The notes: generated from the sequence alone by a model not told the origin. 17,861 nucleotides of DNA from a virus (IMGVR_UViG_3300021387_000285); one strand, 5' to 3'; shown: positions 1 through 10,504, counted from the stretch's first letter. Numbers and translations: made by a program.

Positions 1-71
1 CTTTCTCTCAAAAAAATAATTATTTCTATATTTTAAGAAAAATAATAGAGACAAATTATTTATATCAGTCC
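1..71 (-). promoter_or_regulatory. Candidate phage promoter-like motif and AT-rich leader for the next gene beyond the window
   Basis: Minus strand reads GGACTGATATAAATAATTTGTCTCTATTATTTTTCTTAAAATATAG directly after the terminator U-tract. Spacing matches the copies at about 3112-3156 and 10459-10504. The window ends in GAGAGAAAG, which resembles the start of the AGAAAGGAG RBS used elsewhere. Function is inferred. Confidence 0.35.
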
Positions 72-107
72 AAAAAAAAAGAGAGTAGGTAAAACCTACC
101 TACTCTC
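72..107 (-). terminator. Rho-independent terminator
   Basis: Perfect 10-bp inverted repeat GAGAGTAGGT (81-90) / ACCTACTCTC (98-107) with a 7-nt loop, followed on the minus strand by T9 (A9 at 72-80). It overlaps the TGA stop of the 106..714 gene. Confidence 0.85.
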
Positions 108-714
108 ACGCATCTATCCAATAGATAGAAAGATTCTTTTGTATCTATTCAAGCTGGGCCAATTTCTAAATAAAATCATTATTAACTAAAATATCTTGTG
201 CGCTAATTGTATTATAGTTATGATTGGCGCCATTTTTAGTTGCCCAACCAACTAATACTCTAGTTTTTGCCACCAAAGTATTTAATTCATATAATAATTC
301 TCCAGAGGTGGGATTAACTCTAAAAAACTTAAAGGAGAACTAAACTGAACCACCATATTTTGTTACAGGACTTTGAATATCCCAAGCAAAAATCATTTTA
401 CCAGTTTTGCTTACTACATCAAAGTAAGGAATAACATAGTAATACTCTTCATTTTTTGCATTACGAAATTCAACGATTCCAATACAAGTAGATAAATCCA
501 CAGAGTCATAAAATCTATCCATTTCAAAATAGATTAACTCTGCTTCATGGTCAGCTTCTACACCAAGAAAACTTGGTGTAGAAATGACCCTTGAATTTAA
601 ATTAATTTCATATACTGGTTCATCAGTTGGTATTCTCATTCTTATACTAGGAGGATTATATGACTCAGCAATAGACGCTAAGAATCTTTGATATTCTTCA
701 CTACCAGTAACCAT
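106..714 (-). CDS. 202-aa BppU N-terminal-like (upper baseplate-type) protein, read with TAG=Gln
   Basis: ATG 712-714 with RBS AGGGGG at 723-728. Code-11 ORF 340..714 continues through TAG at 340, 166 and 145 to TGA at 106-108 (...KYGGSV*FSFKFFRVNPTSGELLYELNTLVAKTRVLVGW...DFI*KLAQLE*IQKNLSIYWIDA). The GVEADHEAELIYFEMDRFYDSVDLS...IFAWDI...G.VQF...F pattern resembles BppU_N-type domains. Clear paralog of part of 739..3054. Confidence 0.8.
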
Positions 715-738
715 ATCTTATACCCCCTGTTAGAATTA

Positions 739-3054
739 TTATACAAGAACTGCTTTAAATACGTCAGTATAACCGATACGAAGAGTTCCGTGATAACGAT
801 TTTCTGTACGAATACGATAAATACCAGAATCTTTATTAATTACAAAGGTATATGCGCCATCTGGATGGTCTGCATCAACATAAGTAGCATCAAAGAGAAC
901 TTCAATTTCATCTGGATCTGGATTGGTCTCAGCATAAGAAAGCTTCCATTCACCAGTAGCAGGATCTTTGTAAACTTCTTCAACATAGTAAGAAGTGATT
1001 GCATCTGCATACTTATTAGCAGCTTCAGTCTTATCATCAATAACGAATAAACGTTCTGGATAAGTGTTATTTAATTCAATTGCGCGACCTTCTTCATTAG
1101 AGCCTTCAGGACGAGCACCTTCTTCAAGCATATAAACTTTATCAGTACCATCAATAGTACTAATATCAAGTTTAGTAATCTTTGGAGCAATGAAAGAAGT
1201 TACGATACTTTCAGAAGGTTCAGAGACATTATAAGTATGGTTGCGGCGGTTGATTGCACGCACACGATACTCGCCTTCTTCAGTAACGCCAGCAGCATTA
1301 ACTTGTTTTTCTCCACTTTCTGGGAGAATCTCAAATGTATAATCGCCTGCAAGAATATCTTCTTCTGTTAAGTCGCTAATCTACTCATTCTTTAAAACCT
1401 CAACAGCAACAGCGCCGAGTGGTTCATCATTAGAGCTACTAACAACAGCTTTAATCACAGGAGGAACACTAGCAGAAATATACTTATAATTGGTTTCTTC
1501 AATAACTTCATAGTCATCTTCATAAGCAGTATCAACAACTAAAGAAACATTTGGTTTAGCAGCAGGAGGCACTAAGCAAACATTACTTTCAATTTCGTTA
1601 CTAGTGGTCTTAATATAAGTACCATTAGGACGAACAGCAATCTTTTCAGCCTGTGCTTTTACTTGATATCTGCCAGCCTTAAGAGCATTGTAAGAAGAGC
1701 CTAATTCATAAACTTCAACTGTTGGGTCATCAAATGCTTCTTGAATAGCATCACCAGCAAGAGGAGTTGTGTTAATAGTGCCATCATCATTTTTTACATA
1801 ATAGACAGACTTATCATTTGGCTCTGTATCAGTAGTAACAAAATAATCACTTGGCTTAGTAATAATTTCAGCAGGCTGAACGACAGCAGGAATACCATCT
1901 TCAACAGCAGAATACCAAGTATATTTCATATCAACAAGACCAGGAGCATAGGCTTGAGTGATAATTGGTAATGTTTCTGCTTCAACACCTTGAGCGTCCA
2001 TAACAAAGTTAAGTTTTGCAGGAAGTCCAAGAGGTTTGTTTTCTTCATCAAGAACACCTAATTGCCACTCTGGGTCAGCAATAGGAGTAACTCCATCAGG
2101 ATTGTAAGCACTATTAGAAAGACGTGCTAAAGCAGCTGCGGCCACGCTCTTAACCTTTGTTGGGTCTTCTAAAGTTAAACCTTCATTAATTGCTAAGGTA
2201 GCAGTTTGAGTGTTAAAGCTATAGTTGATAAGGTCATTATCAGTATCATAGCAAGTAACTGCAAACTGAAGAGTACCTTTAACAGGTGTCATTTCATTGG
2301 TGATAAAGAAACCAAATACGACATAACCTGGCTCTAACTCATCATCTTTTGCAAAAGCAACTTGAGTCTGAGTTTCTTCATATGCGGGAACACGAGAACC
2401 ATTAGGAGTAAAGTTCCAGTTAATGGCAATCTTAGTTTCCATAAAGTCTTGATGGTCAAAATATCTATCAATCTTAAAGACAATTAATTCAGCCTCATGG
2501 TCTCCTTGTACGCCAACACCATATTTCTTGAAATGTGCAGGAATATTGATAACTCTTGTATTAGCATCAATTTCAAAATAAGGTTCATCAGCAGGAGTAA
2601 CGAGAAGGAACTTACCATCTTCAAATTTAGAAGTCTGTAAAGCAGCAATTGCTTTTAAATTACCAAAATAACTTTCAATAGAATCAATAACAATGCCAAC
2701 TTCTTTTGCTTTAGCAACAGCGGCATCAGCAACATCGCTTGCTAACTCAATACCAGCTTCAATATTTGCGGCACTTAAGTCGCCTCCATTAGCTGTAGAG
2801 TTTTCATATAAAACAGAAGTAAAAGCATCAACTAAAACTTCTTTGGAAATGCTTCTTACTTTTTGTTCAGATACAACAGATTGAAAATATGCTTTTATAT
2901 TAGCACTACCACCAAGCTCATCTACTTTACTTCCAATAGCAGAAACAATTTCACCACGAACAGTAGGTTCAGAAACTGCTAAAGCATTAGTGATTTGTTC
3001 AAATCTAGGAGCAAAAAGTTCTATATCATTAGCAGAAGTGATTTTTGTAATCAT
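739..3054 (-). CDS. 771-aa structural protein: BppU_N-like domain plus C-terminal Ig-like repeats, read with TAG=Gln
   Basis: ORFs 1381..3054 and 739..1263 are in frame and joined by one TAG at 1381 (VLKNE*ISDLTEEDILAGDYTFEILPESGEKQVNAAGVTEEGEYRVRAINRRN). Ends with TAA at 739-741. RBS-like AAAGGAAG upstream of the ATG. BppU-like region about 2170-2700. Three G-x-Y-x-[VI]-x-[AT] motifs (KAGRYQVKA, EEGEYRVRAIN, DSGIYRIRTEN) resemble Ig-like F strands. Confidence 0.8.
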
Positions 3055-3086
3055 AGATTCTTTCTCTTCCTTTCTATCATATTTTG

Positions 3087-3113
3087 AGAGGGAGAAAAAG
3101 TTTTTCTCCCTCT
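3087..3113. promoter_or_regulatory. Intergenic stem-loop (terminator-like or 5' leader hairpin)
   Basis: AGAGGGAGAAAAA-G-TTTTTCTCCCTCT perfect inverted repeat. A T-rich tail follows on the plus strand (TTTATTTA) but not on the coding minus strand, so its role in minus-strand transcription is unclear. Confidence 0.6.
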
Positions 3114-3156
3114 TTATTTATTAAAATAATTGTAATTTAAATAATCTTAATTGGCC
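3112..3156 (-). promoter_or_regulatory. Candidate promoter-like motif upstream of 739..3054
   Basis: Minus strand GGCCAATTAAGATTATTTAAATTACAATTATTTTAATAAATAAAG aligns without gaps to the copies at 26-71 and 10459-10504. Overlaps the stop of the 67-aa gene. Confidence 0.3.
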
Positions 3157-3350
3157 GGAACTTCCCACCAATTTCCAATTTCCTCTTCTGGAACACGGAC
3201 TGATTGTTTTCTCTCAATTCCATCGGTTAAGACTTTATCTTTGTCAGCAGTTAATAAAACTATTCTAACATAATAAATATCTTCTAAATGGACTGGAGAC
3301 TCAATAACTCCATTAGTTCCAAGATATCTGTAAAAAACCTATCTTTTCAT
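3147..3350 (-). CDS. 67-aa small protein (possible tail-fibre assembly/accessory factor); absent from the code-11 ORF track
   Basis: RBS GGAGG (3358-3362), ATG 3348-3350, TAG at codon 4, TAA 3147-3149. MKR*VFYRYLGTNGVIESPVHLEDIYYVRIVLLTADKDKVLTDGIERKQSVRVPEEEIGNWWEVPAN. It fills the gap right after the giant gene. Function inferred from position only. Confidence 0.8.
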
Positions 3351-3368
3351 TTATTAGCCTCCAATCTA

Positions 3369-6300
3369 TTAACCTGTTGCCTCAATAGTATCAATAGAAC
3401 CACAAGACAATTTATTAGTAATCGTGTCAGAATCTAAGCCCATAATTGGATTGTAATAGAATGTCACAGGAACAGGAGTGGTAGATACTAATAACTATCC
3501 ATAACCGGAACCTTGGAAGATACCAGTGCCCCATTGACCTGGGTCTAAAGTGAATGGGTCATCAACATTACCAAATCTTACGCTGCGAATTAACGTACTA
3601 CTGAAAGCACGGTTACTTAATTCAACTACATTCCCTGGTAATCTTAATTCTTTATCATGTAAGAATGTATCAGTAGCAAAATTAGGAGAGGTCTGCGCGA
3701 AGGCATTCTCACCATATGCAGTGATTCTACCAAAGAAATTATCAACATCTTCTTGAGTTATCTTATCGCTCTTAAATAAATTAGTGCATCCTGAGAAGCC
3801 ATGATAAGGGACTGTGAAGTTATTTACTGGGATTTCAAAATACATTAAGTTAGGATATACTTTACCAGCGAAACAACTCTAACTAAGAGTATTGACTTTA
3901 CTTCCACGTTCCCAGAAGATATGAGTTACACCAGGCTATTCAATACCTGCAGTAGCAAATATTAACACATCTTGACCGTTATATTGTGCAGGAAGCGTAA
4001 TTTTACCCGTTAATCCTGCTTTTGCAACAGATAATGTTTGAGATATTGGACTAAAGTTAAACCAACTCATATCTGTCATAACGTTATCGTGGACATCTGC
4101 TTCTACGAATGTAGCATACAGATTTAAATCACGAAGAACAATAGCAGGAGGAGCTTGAGTTACTTCAGTAGTATCTTCTGAATTCATTGAATATCCATTA
4201 AACTTATAAGTTCTTGTTAATGCTAAATCTGAATCATCTTTATAAGGCATTATACTTGGGCCAACTAATGCTGTATTATAAGGAACTTTAACAGGTGCGC
4301 CACCTATTAACTCATCACCAACATAATAGTAAACATTATGCTCATGAATTTTAAATTGTGCATACAACACTAAAACGTTCTATGACATAGTATAAGTGAA
4401 TGCTGCTAATTCAGTTTCAGCATTTGGATATGTTCTATTTTCAAAGTCATAATTTAAGAACATATTATTACCTGCAATATCAGTACTCCAACCAATAAAG
4501 TCATAGTGAGCCTTTGAAGGAACAACTGTTGTTAATACAGGATGCTCAACAGTACTTGCTAAACGGATAACACTTAATTCATTTTCACGACCATCATCAG
4601 TAGCTTGAACATATTTTACAATATTAGATTCTCTAACATATTTTGCAAAGATAGTTAATTCAGGCCATTTTTCTGCATAAACACTAGTTAAAGTATCTTC
4701 TTGAATTGGAGTTTGTTCAGTATTTTCAACATAAATAACACCAGTTAATCTTGGTAAAGCAGCAGTGCTACTTTCCATATTAGTATAGTGATTTAAGTGA
4801 GTTGTAGTTGCTAAACCATTTTCATAGTCCTAAAGGAAGAAATCTAATAAGTCTAATGATGTAATAATTTCTTGGTCTGGTGAGTATTCATAAGTATAAA
4901 TCTTACCATTCAACAATAATTGCTGCCAAGTATTTTCATCATAAGTATAAGGAACAAATGTACTATGGTCAGTAACCTGATAATAATTAGTATTAGAATC
5001 ATACTCATCATAAACACTTAATTGAGTATATGGACACCAATCAATATTTTCAAGGTTAATCTTTAATCTTGTGCCGGAAGCAGCTATTTTTTCTTTTGCG
5101 ACAATTGCTTTACGTAATAACTTATAAGAATCATATTTTAAGTTACCACCAACAATCTTAATGTTTATTAAACTAGAAGCACTTTCAACATTACCTAAGT
5201 TCTTCCAAGTTAATTGTCCATCTTGATTCTCTAAAGTAACTGCGCTATCATCAACATCAGTAATGCCTTCTAAGTACAATCCTTCATAAGATTCATGCGG
5301 ATAGAAAGCAGAACCCTCAGCAATACTTTTTCTAATCTTAGGAGTAGAAGTGAGTATATGAGTTAAGTTTTTAGCTTCAACTAAACCAATACCATTAACA
5401 GTCTTTGGTAAATGAACTGTATCTAATGGAGCACCTTCAGCAAACACAACACCTTGAATAATAGTGCCGAGCGCACGGAACTCTTGTAACTTTTCAGAAC
5501 CAGAAACATCAATAGCATAATTCAATTGAGTCATATTTGTAAGAATAACTTTTTGTAATAAAGTTTTTCTATTTACATTTAAACTACTACCGTCTTGAGT
5601 CTTTAAACTATCGTTCAAGATAAAGTTAGCCATACTACGTCCATTGTAGTATCCTTCAATATCACTACCAAGAGTCAAATCAAGTAATCTCTTTGCACTT
5701 GGAATCTAGAATTGGTCAAAGTATTTTGTACTTAAATCACCTAAACTAGAAATGTATGAAGGACCTGGGATACGAGTAATCTGTTGTGATAAGTTAGGAG
5801 TCTTTTTAAATCCATCCAAAATTGATTCAGATACATAAGCCTAAACAGGTTCACCCTAGAACTTAACAGAACGCCCTGAAGGAATCTTATCAATAAATGT
5901 GAAAACATATTGTTTTAAGAAAGGCGTAATCGTATATTCTGGGATAGCATCTAAATATTCAACAGGATATGGAGCTAAACTACTACCAGCATTTGCATTA
6001 GAAGGTAATTCACTTAAGGAATTAGAATCTAAGAATAAGTCAGAAGTCTGACCTGCGTTAGCATTTGCACGAACAATAACACAACCATCATCACCAGAAA
6101 CAACTTCAGTAGAATAGTCACCAGCTCTCCAATAGGAGTCAAGATAGTTAAGTCTATTTCTAATTAAAAGTTCACGAGATAACATACGGTCACCATTGAT
6201 AGCATAAACATAACCATAGCTATCTGGAACAACTTCACCTTTAGTATTATAATAACCAGCAACAGATGGTTTTAAATACTTAACATATTCATCTAAACCA

Positions 6301-9300
6301 ATAGCAATAACAGGTCTTACACCGCGCATTGCATAAGAATCAAATACGCTAGGGTCACATAAGTAAGCACCTTCAACATTTGTTTCAGTTAATTTAGAAG
6401 CACGAAGTTCTTTATATGTGTTAATAATCTTTGTCTCATAAGTGGCTGCGAAGTTAACCCATAAAATACTAGAAGGAGTAGAGAATGTACCATCTTTACT
6501 TGCATCAGTATCATAGTCCCAAAGAGTAGCACCGATATTATTCAAGCCTAATTGAGTATCAATATCATAGAAAATAGGATACCAAATATAGTCTCCACCT
6601 ACTTCTTTTGGTCCCCAAGTAGCTAACATCACATTTTTACCACGAGAGTCATAACATAATAACAATTCAGTTAAAACATAATAAATAGCACAATAGTCAA
6701 CATTAAAGTGCTTTGGTAATTCTGTTCTGAACTTTGCTAAACGATATGCAGGAGTATCTTTATAATAAGTTGCAGAATAAATACCATTGTTTTCAGTATA
6801 AGTGATTTCACCTGGAATATTTTCTCCACCTGCGCTGACCACAACTGGGCCATAAGGAGCTGCTAAAGCTTCATTAGTAGCTTTTGCAGTATTAGTAGAA
6901 TCTAACCAAGTAGTAACAGCTTCTAAGTTTCTGTATTTATCTCTTAAATACTGATTGATTTGTCCAAAAGTACCTAATTCTTCTGGATATGCTTGTACAT
7001 CATAATCATAGCAAGCATCAAGTTCATCACCATAGGCGCTATATCTATATTCAAAGTGGTTAATCACTTCTAACTTTGGTTCTGCTACTGGATTACCATT
7101 AGCATCATAACTATCTTTTTCATAGGTGCCAAAGTAATAGTCATTACGGCCAGGCACATTTTTATTCTTTTCAGCATCACTAGGATACGTGAAGGAAGTC
7201 CAAGTACCTTGGTTATCACAAAGTTCCCAACATTCAGCGATATCAGCAATTGCAGGATGTGTGCCATCTTCTAATGTAATATATTTCTGTTCGCCTTCAA
7301 CTTCAAAACCAAAATATTCATTAGAACCTTTATCTAAGTTCATATTATATCTACCGATATACTCATAGATTTCATCTTCATAAGAAGTACCAATCTTTTG
7401 TTTATCGCTAGGTTTGCTGTGTTGATGAAAAACAAGAAGTGGGAATCCATAAACACTAGTACGAAGACCAGCAGTAGAAACACCATCAAAGTTATAATCA
7501 TTTAATGGATGATAATCATACATTTTACCCATTAAGTTAGCAAAACCAGTATTGTAAGTTCCAGAAGATTCCATAAAGTCAATCTTCCAAGTGAACTTAT
7601 TAGTAGCAGCATAGTTACTATCAACACTCCACTTTTTAAAGCGTTGACCAGCTTTAGAACCTTTACTATAGAACCAACCCCAATCATCATGGGTAACTTT
7701 TTCAGCATCTTTCTTACCAGTAGCACTCTTCATTTTGGTCTTAAAGTTACGACGAGGATAACCTTGTGAAGAAGTACCCTGAACGTTAATATCTGCGCCA
7801 ATACATACATAGCTAGGGCAATGACTATAATAAGTTTCCTCATTTATCATACCAAACTCTAATAAAGCATCTGCAACAGCATTAACAAATGTAATCTTAC
7901 AATAACGATTACCATCTTTAACATATGGTAAACGGTCATCATCAGTACGTCTCTATGTCTTAGTTGGGTCGCGCATTGAAGTATCATTATCAATAATTTC
8001 AATGACCGCATAAGGCATCATTAAAGCATTAAAATCTTCTTCAAGTAATACTTGACCTTGATTTCTACGAGTTTCTAAGTTAGAAATAATTAAATCATTA
8101 TATGCTTTAATTTTACCTAATGATAAAGCAGTTGCATCATCATCTTTAGTTAATTGGTTCTGGTCATAAAGAGTTAAATCATGAATATCAGAAATATAGT
8201 TATGAATAACTTCTGGCATTGTTAAAGGTTTGATATTTGTACCTCTATAAACACGAAGTTTATAAATATCAAAGTCACAATACTTAGAGTTAATTTCAAA
8301 CTTATTAGTATTAGGAGTAAATCCATTATTACCAATACTAACAGCACCACTTAAGATACCATTCAAGTAAAGTGATAATAATCCACCTGCTTCTGCAGTA
8401 ATGGTTAAACTAATAATTTCATCTTCTTTATAACGCACGTTAACTGTAGTATCAGGAGTTTTGAAATATGCTTCTTGAGTACCTACGAATAAACCTTGCT
8501 TAGTCTGTTCATCATAATACTTAAAGCAAACGCCTTTTTCATGCTCAGTAATCTTTGGAGAATTAGCTTCATCCATAATCCAGTTACCATCTTTATCAGT
8601 GGCAATTGTTAATCCTTGTGCCTTAATATCTTCAATATACATGGAGTTCTCCATTTGGACTCCATTCTCATCAAGAACAAAGTAATATGGTAAAGTTTTA
8701 ACCAATGTAGAATACTCTTGAATATTCTTTACTCTAAATCTTAATTCAATAGTATAAGATTGATTCTAAGTATTAAAGCCCATGGTTGTGAAGTTAATGT
8801 CTGCCGAAGCACCATTAGCAACAGATAAATAGGAACCTGCTCCATCATTATCATTTTTCCAACCATTGTTATACCAGTTGAAATCTTTAAAAGTAGTAGT
8901 GGTTATAATTTCATCTTCATAATTATAACCCCAAGCAGCTCTCTTTGCGGCAGACTCTTCATTAGAACGGCCAGCAGAAGAAAGGTTTAAAATCAATGCG
9001 CCAGAATCAACAAGACCTAAGTCTCTTGACCCTTCTGTAGTAACATTAAAATTAATTTCTTTATTTTCAGTTCCACACTGAATAAGGAAACGGTTTGCGC
9101 CAACATGGTAGCTTTCAGTTAAGTCCCAAGTTAACCAATCAATAGAACTAGAAGAATATTGTGGATAAACTGTAGCAATTTCTTCATTAAGAATACTATC
9201 AATTAACTGAACTTCAGCTCTTGAACCAGTAGCAACTTTAGCTGGGTCATAAACCATATATTTAATAACGCATTTCTCATATTGAATAACAGTATCAGCA

Positions 9301-10379
9301 TATTCTTGCACCCAAATCAATGGAGTTGATTCATTAGGGTCTGCCCATGCTAATTCATAACTGATTTCATCACTATAAACAACGTTACCTCTAATTGCGG
9401 CACCAAGTTTCAAAGAAATAGTATGAACGCCATGAGGTTGAGCTGGAATACGCACTGAGCGCACTGTAGTGCCTGGATTAACACTTGCTACTAAGTTATC
9501 TGCTAATATACCATCAATAGAAGGATAAATAGTTAATGCTAAACTATTACCACCTTTAATAAAGTAGTTAACGGTAGCTGCGCCATTTAAAACTGTATTT
9601 GTTAATTGTGAATTATCTTTTGCAATACCTAATTCAACAATATTTAATCCAGTAAATTGTTTTCTAAAACCAGTAGGGTGGGATAAGCTATTTGGAGAAA
9701 TTAAAGTTACAGTCATTAACAGGTTTTCCCCAGAAGGGATTTGACCCATATTAAACTTATAGACTTTATTAACTGGCACTCCAATTGCCTAAGTCTCAAA
9801 AACTTTTTCATTAGTTGTAGCATTTACAACTTCAAATAATAAATTAACATAATTATCATATTCGGCTTTTGGAGTAAACTCTGCATCAGAATCTTGCCCA
9901 TAAACAAAAGTCATATAAGAATTAATAGTATTGGTATTGAAATCTAAAGCTACATCAGTCCTTGATGGACTTTCTCCGCCGCCTCCACCACCACCAGAGC
10001 CTCCTCCGGTTCCGCTTACTGCAAGTAACACAGCTTGGATTTCTTGAGACGCTGGGTCGGCTGATAATACTCTGAAAAATCTGCCATCAGCATTTAATAT
10101 AAGAGTATCTGGTTTTAATGTGACAGTAGTATCTTCTAAAGCAGCATATTTGATAGTATAATGGTAATCCGTATCATCAGGTGAGTTTTTAATAATTGTA
10201 TTTACATTACCTGCGGTATAAGCAATGCCAGATGCGCCACCACCAATGGTATAGCGCGTTCCTTGCTTATCAAGGTAAATATTACCGCTATCATAAGCAA
10301 AATAGACATAACCTTCACGGATTGGTAACTAACTAATTGCGCTTTCCGTACCTCTTACAGGTTGAAATATTTCTGCCAT
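3369..10379 (-). CDS. Giant 2336-aa multidomain tail-associated protein with CotH kinase-like, LamG-like, LRR, InlB B-repeat-like and BspA-LRR-like regions, read with TAG=Gln
   Basis: Eight code-11 ORFs (3495, 3936, 4380, 4830, 5856, 7953, 8766, 9789) share one frame. All gaps were hand-translated and contain no TAA/TGA. 12 TAGs, at 10329, 9789, 8766, 7953, 5856, 5841, 5706, 4830, 4380, 3936, 3879 and 3495. Start MAEIFQPVRGTESAIS*LPIREGYVYFAYDSGNIYLD with RBS AGAAAGGAG (10388-10396); stop TAA 3369-3371. The single ORF is firm; domain calls are by motif inspection. Confidence 0.88.
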
Positions 10380-10413
10380 TATATATACTCCTTTCTCCAA
10401 TTAATATAATAAA

Positions 10414-10447
10414 AATAAGGGTAAGGAATATATACCTTACCCTTATT
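10414..10447 (-). terminator. Terminator-like hairpin between the 560-aa fibre gene and the giant gene
   Basis: 13-bp perfect inverted repeat AATAAGGGTAAGG (10414-10426) / CCTTACCCTTATT (10435-10447), 8-nt loop. On the minus strand it runs into TTTTTATTAT. It lies 17 nt upstream of the giant gene RBS. Confidence 0.65.
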
Positions 10448-10458
10448 AAATATTCCTT

Positions 10459-10504
10459 CAATGGAATATAAAAATCAAAAGAAATCAGTTAACCAATTCT
10501 GTCC
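10459..10504 (-). promoter_or_regulatory. Candidate promoter-like motif upstream of the giant gene
   Basis: Minus strand GGACAGAATTGGTTAACTGATTTCTTTTGATTTTTATATTCCATTG; same GG[AC]C...TA...TTTT..TA spacing as the two other intergenic copies. Confidence 0.35.

Noticed and set aside
1381-1383. Single TAG in the 771-aa gene as a deliberate switch giving short and long isoforms
   Set aside because: It appears to fall inside a predicted Ig-like unit, not at a domain boundary, so a truncated product would probably not be a functional isoform.
688-3756. Plus-strand ORFs 688..1050, 1741..1971, 2693..2884, 3550..3756
   Set aside because: They lie antisense to well-supported genes, show no evident RBS and have no recognisable motifs; shadow ORFs.
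10450-10469. Small hairpin ATATTCC-TTCAAT-GGAATAT
   Set aside because: A 7-bp, AT-rich stem with no U-tract is weak and plausible by chance; not called separately.
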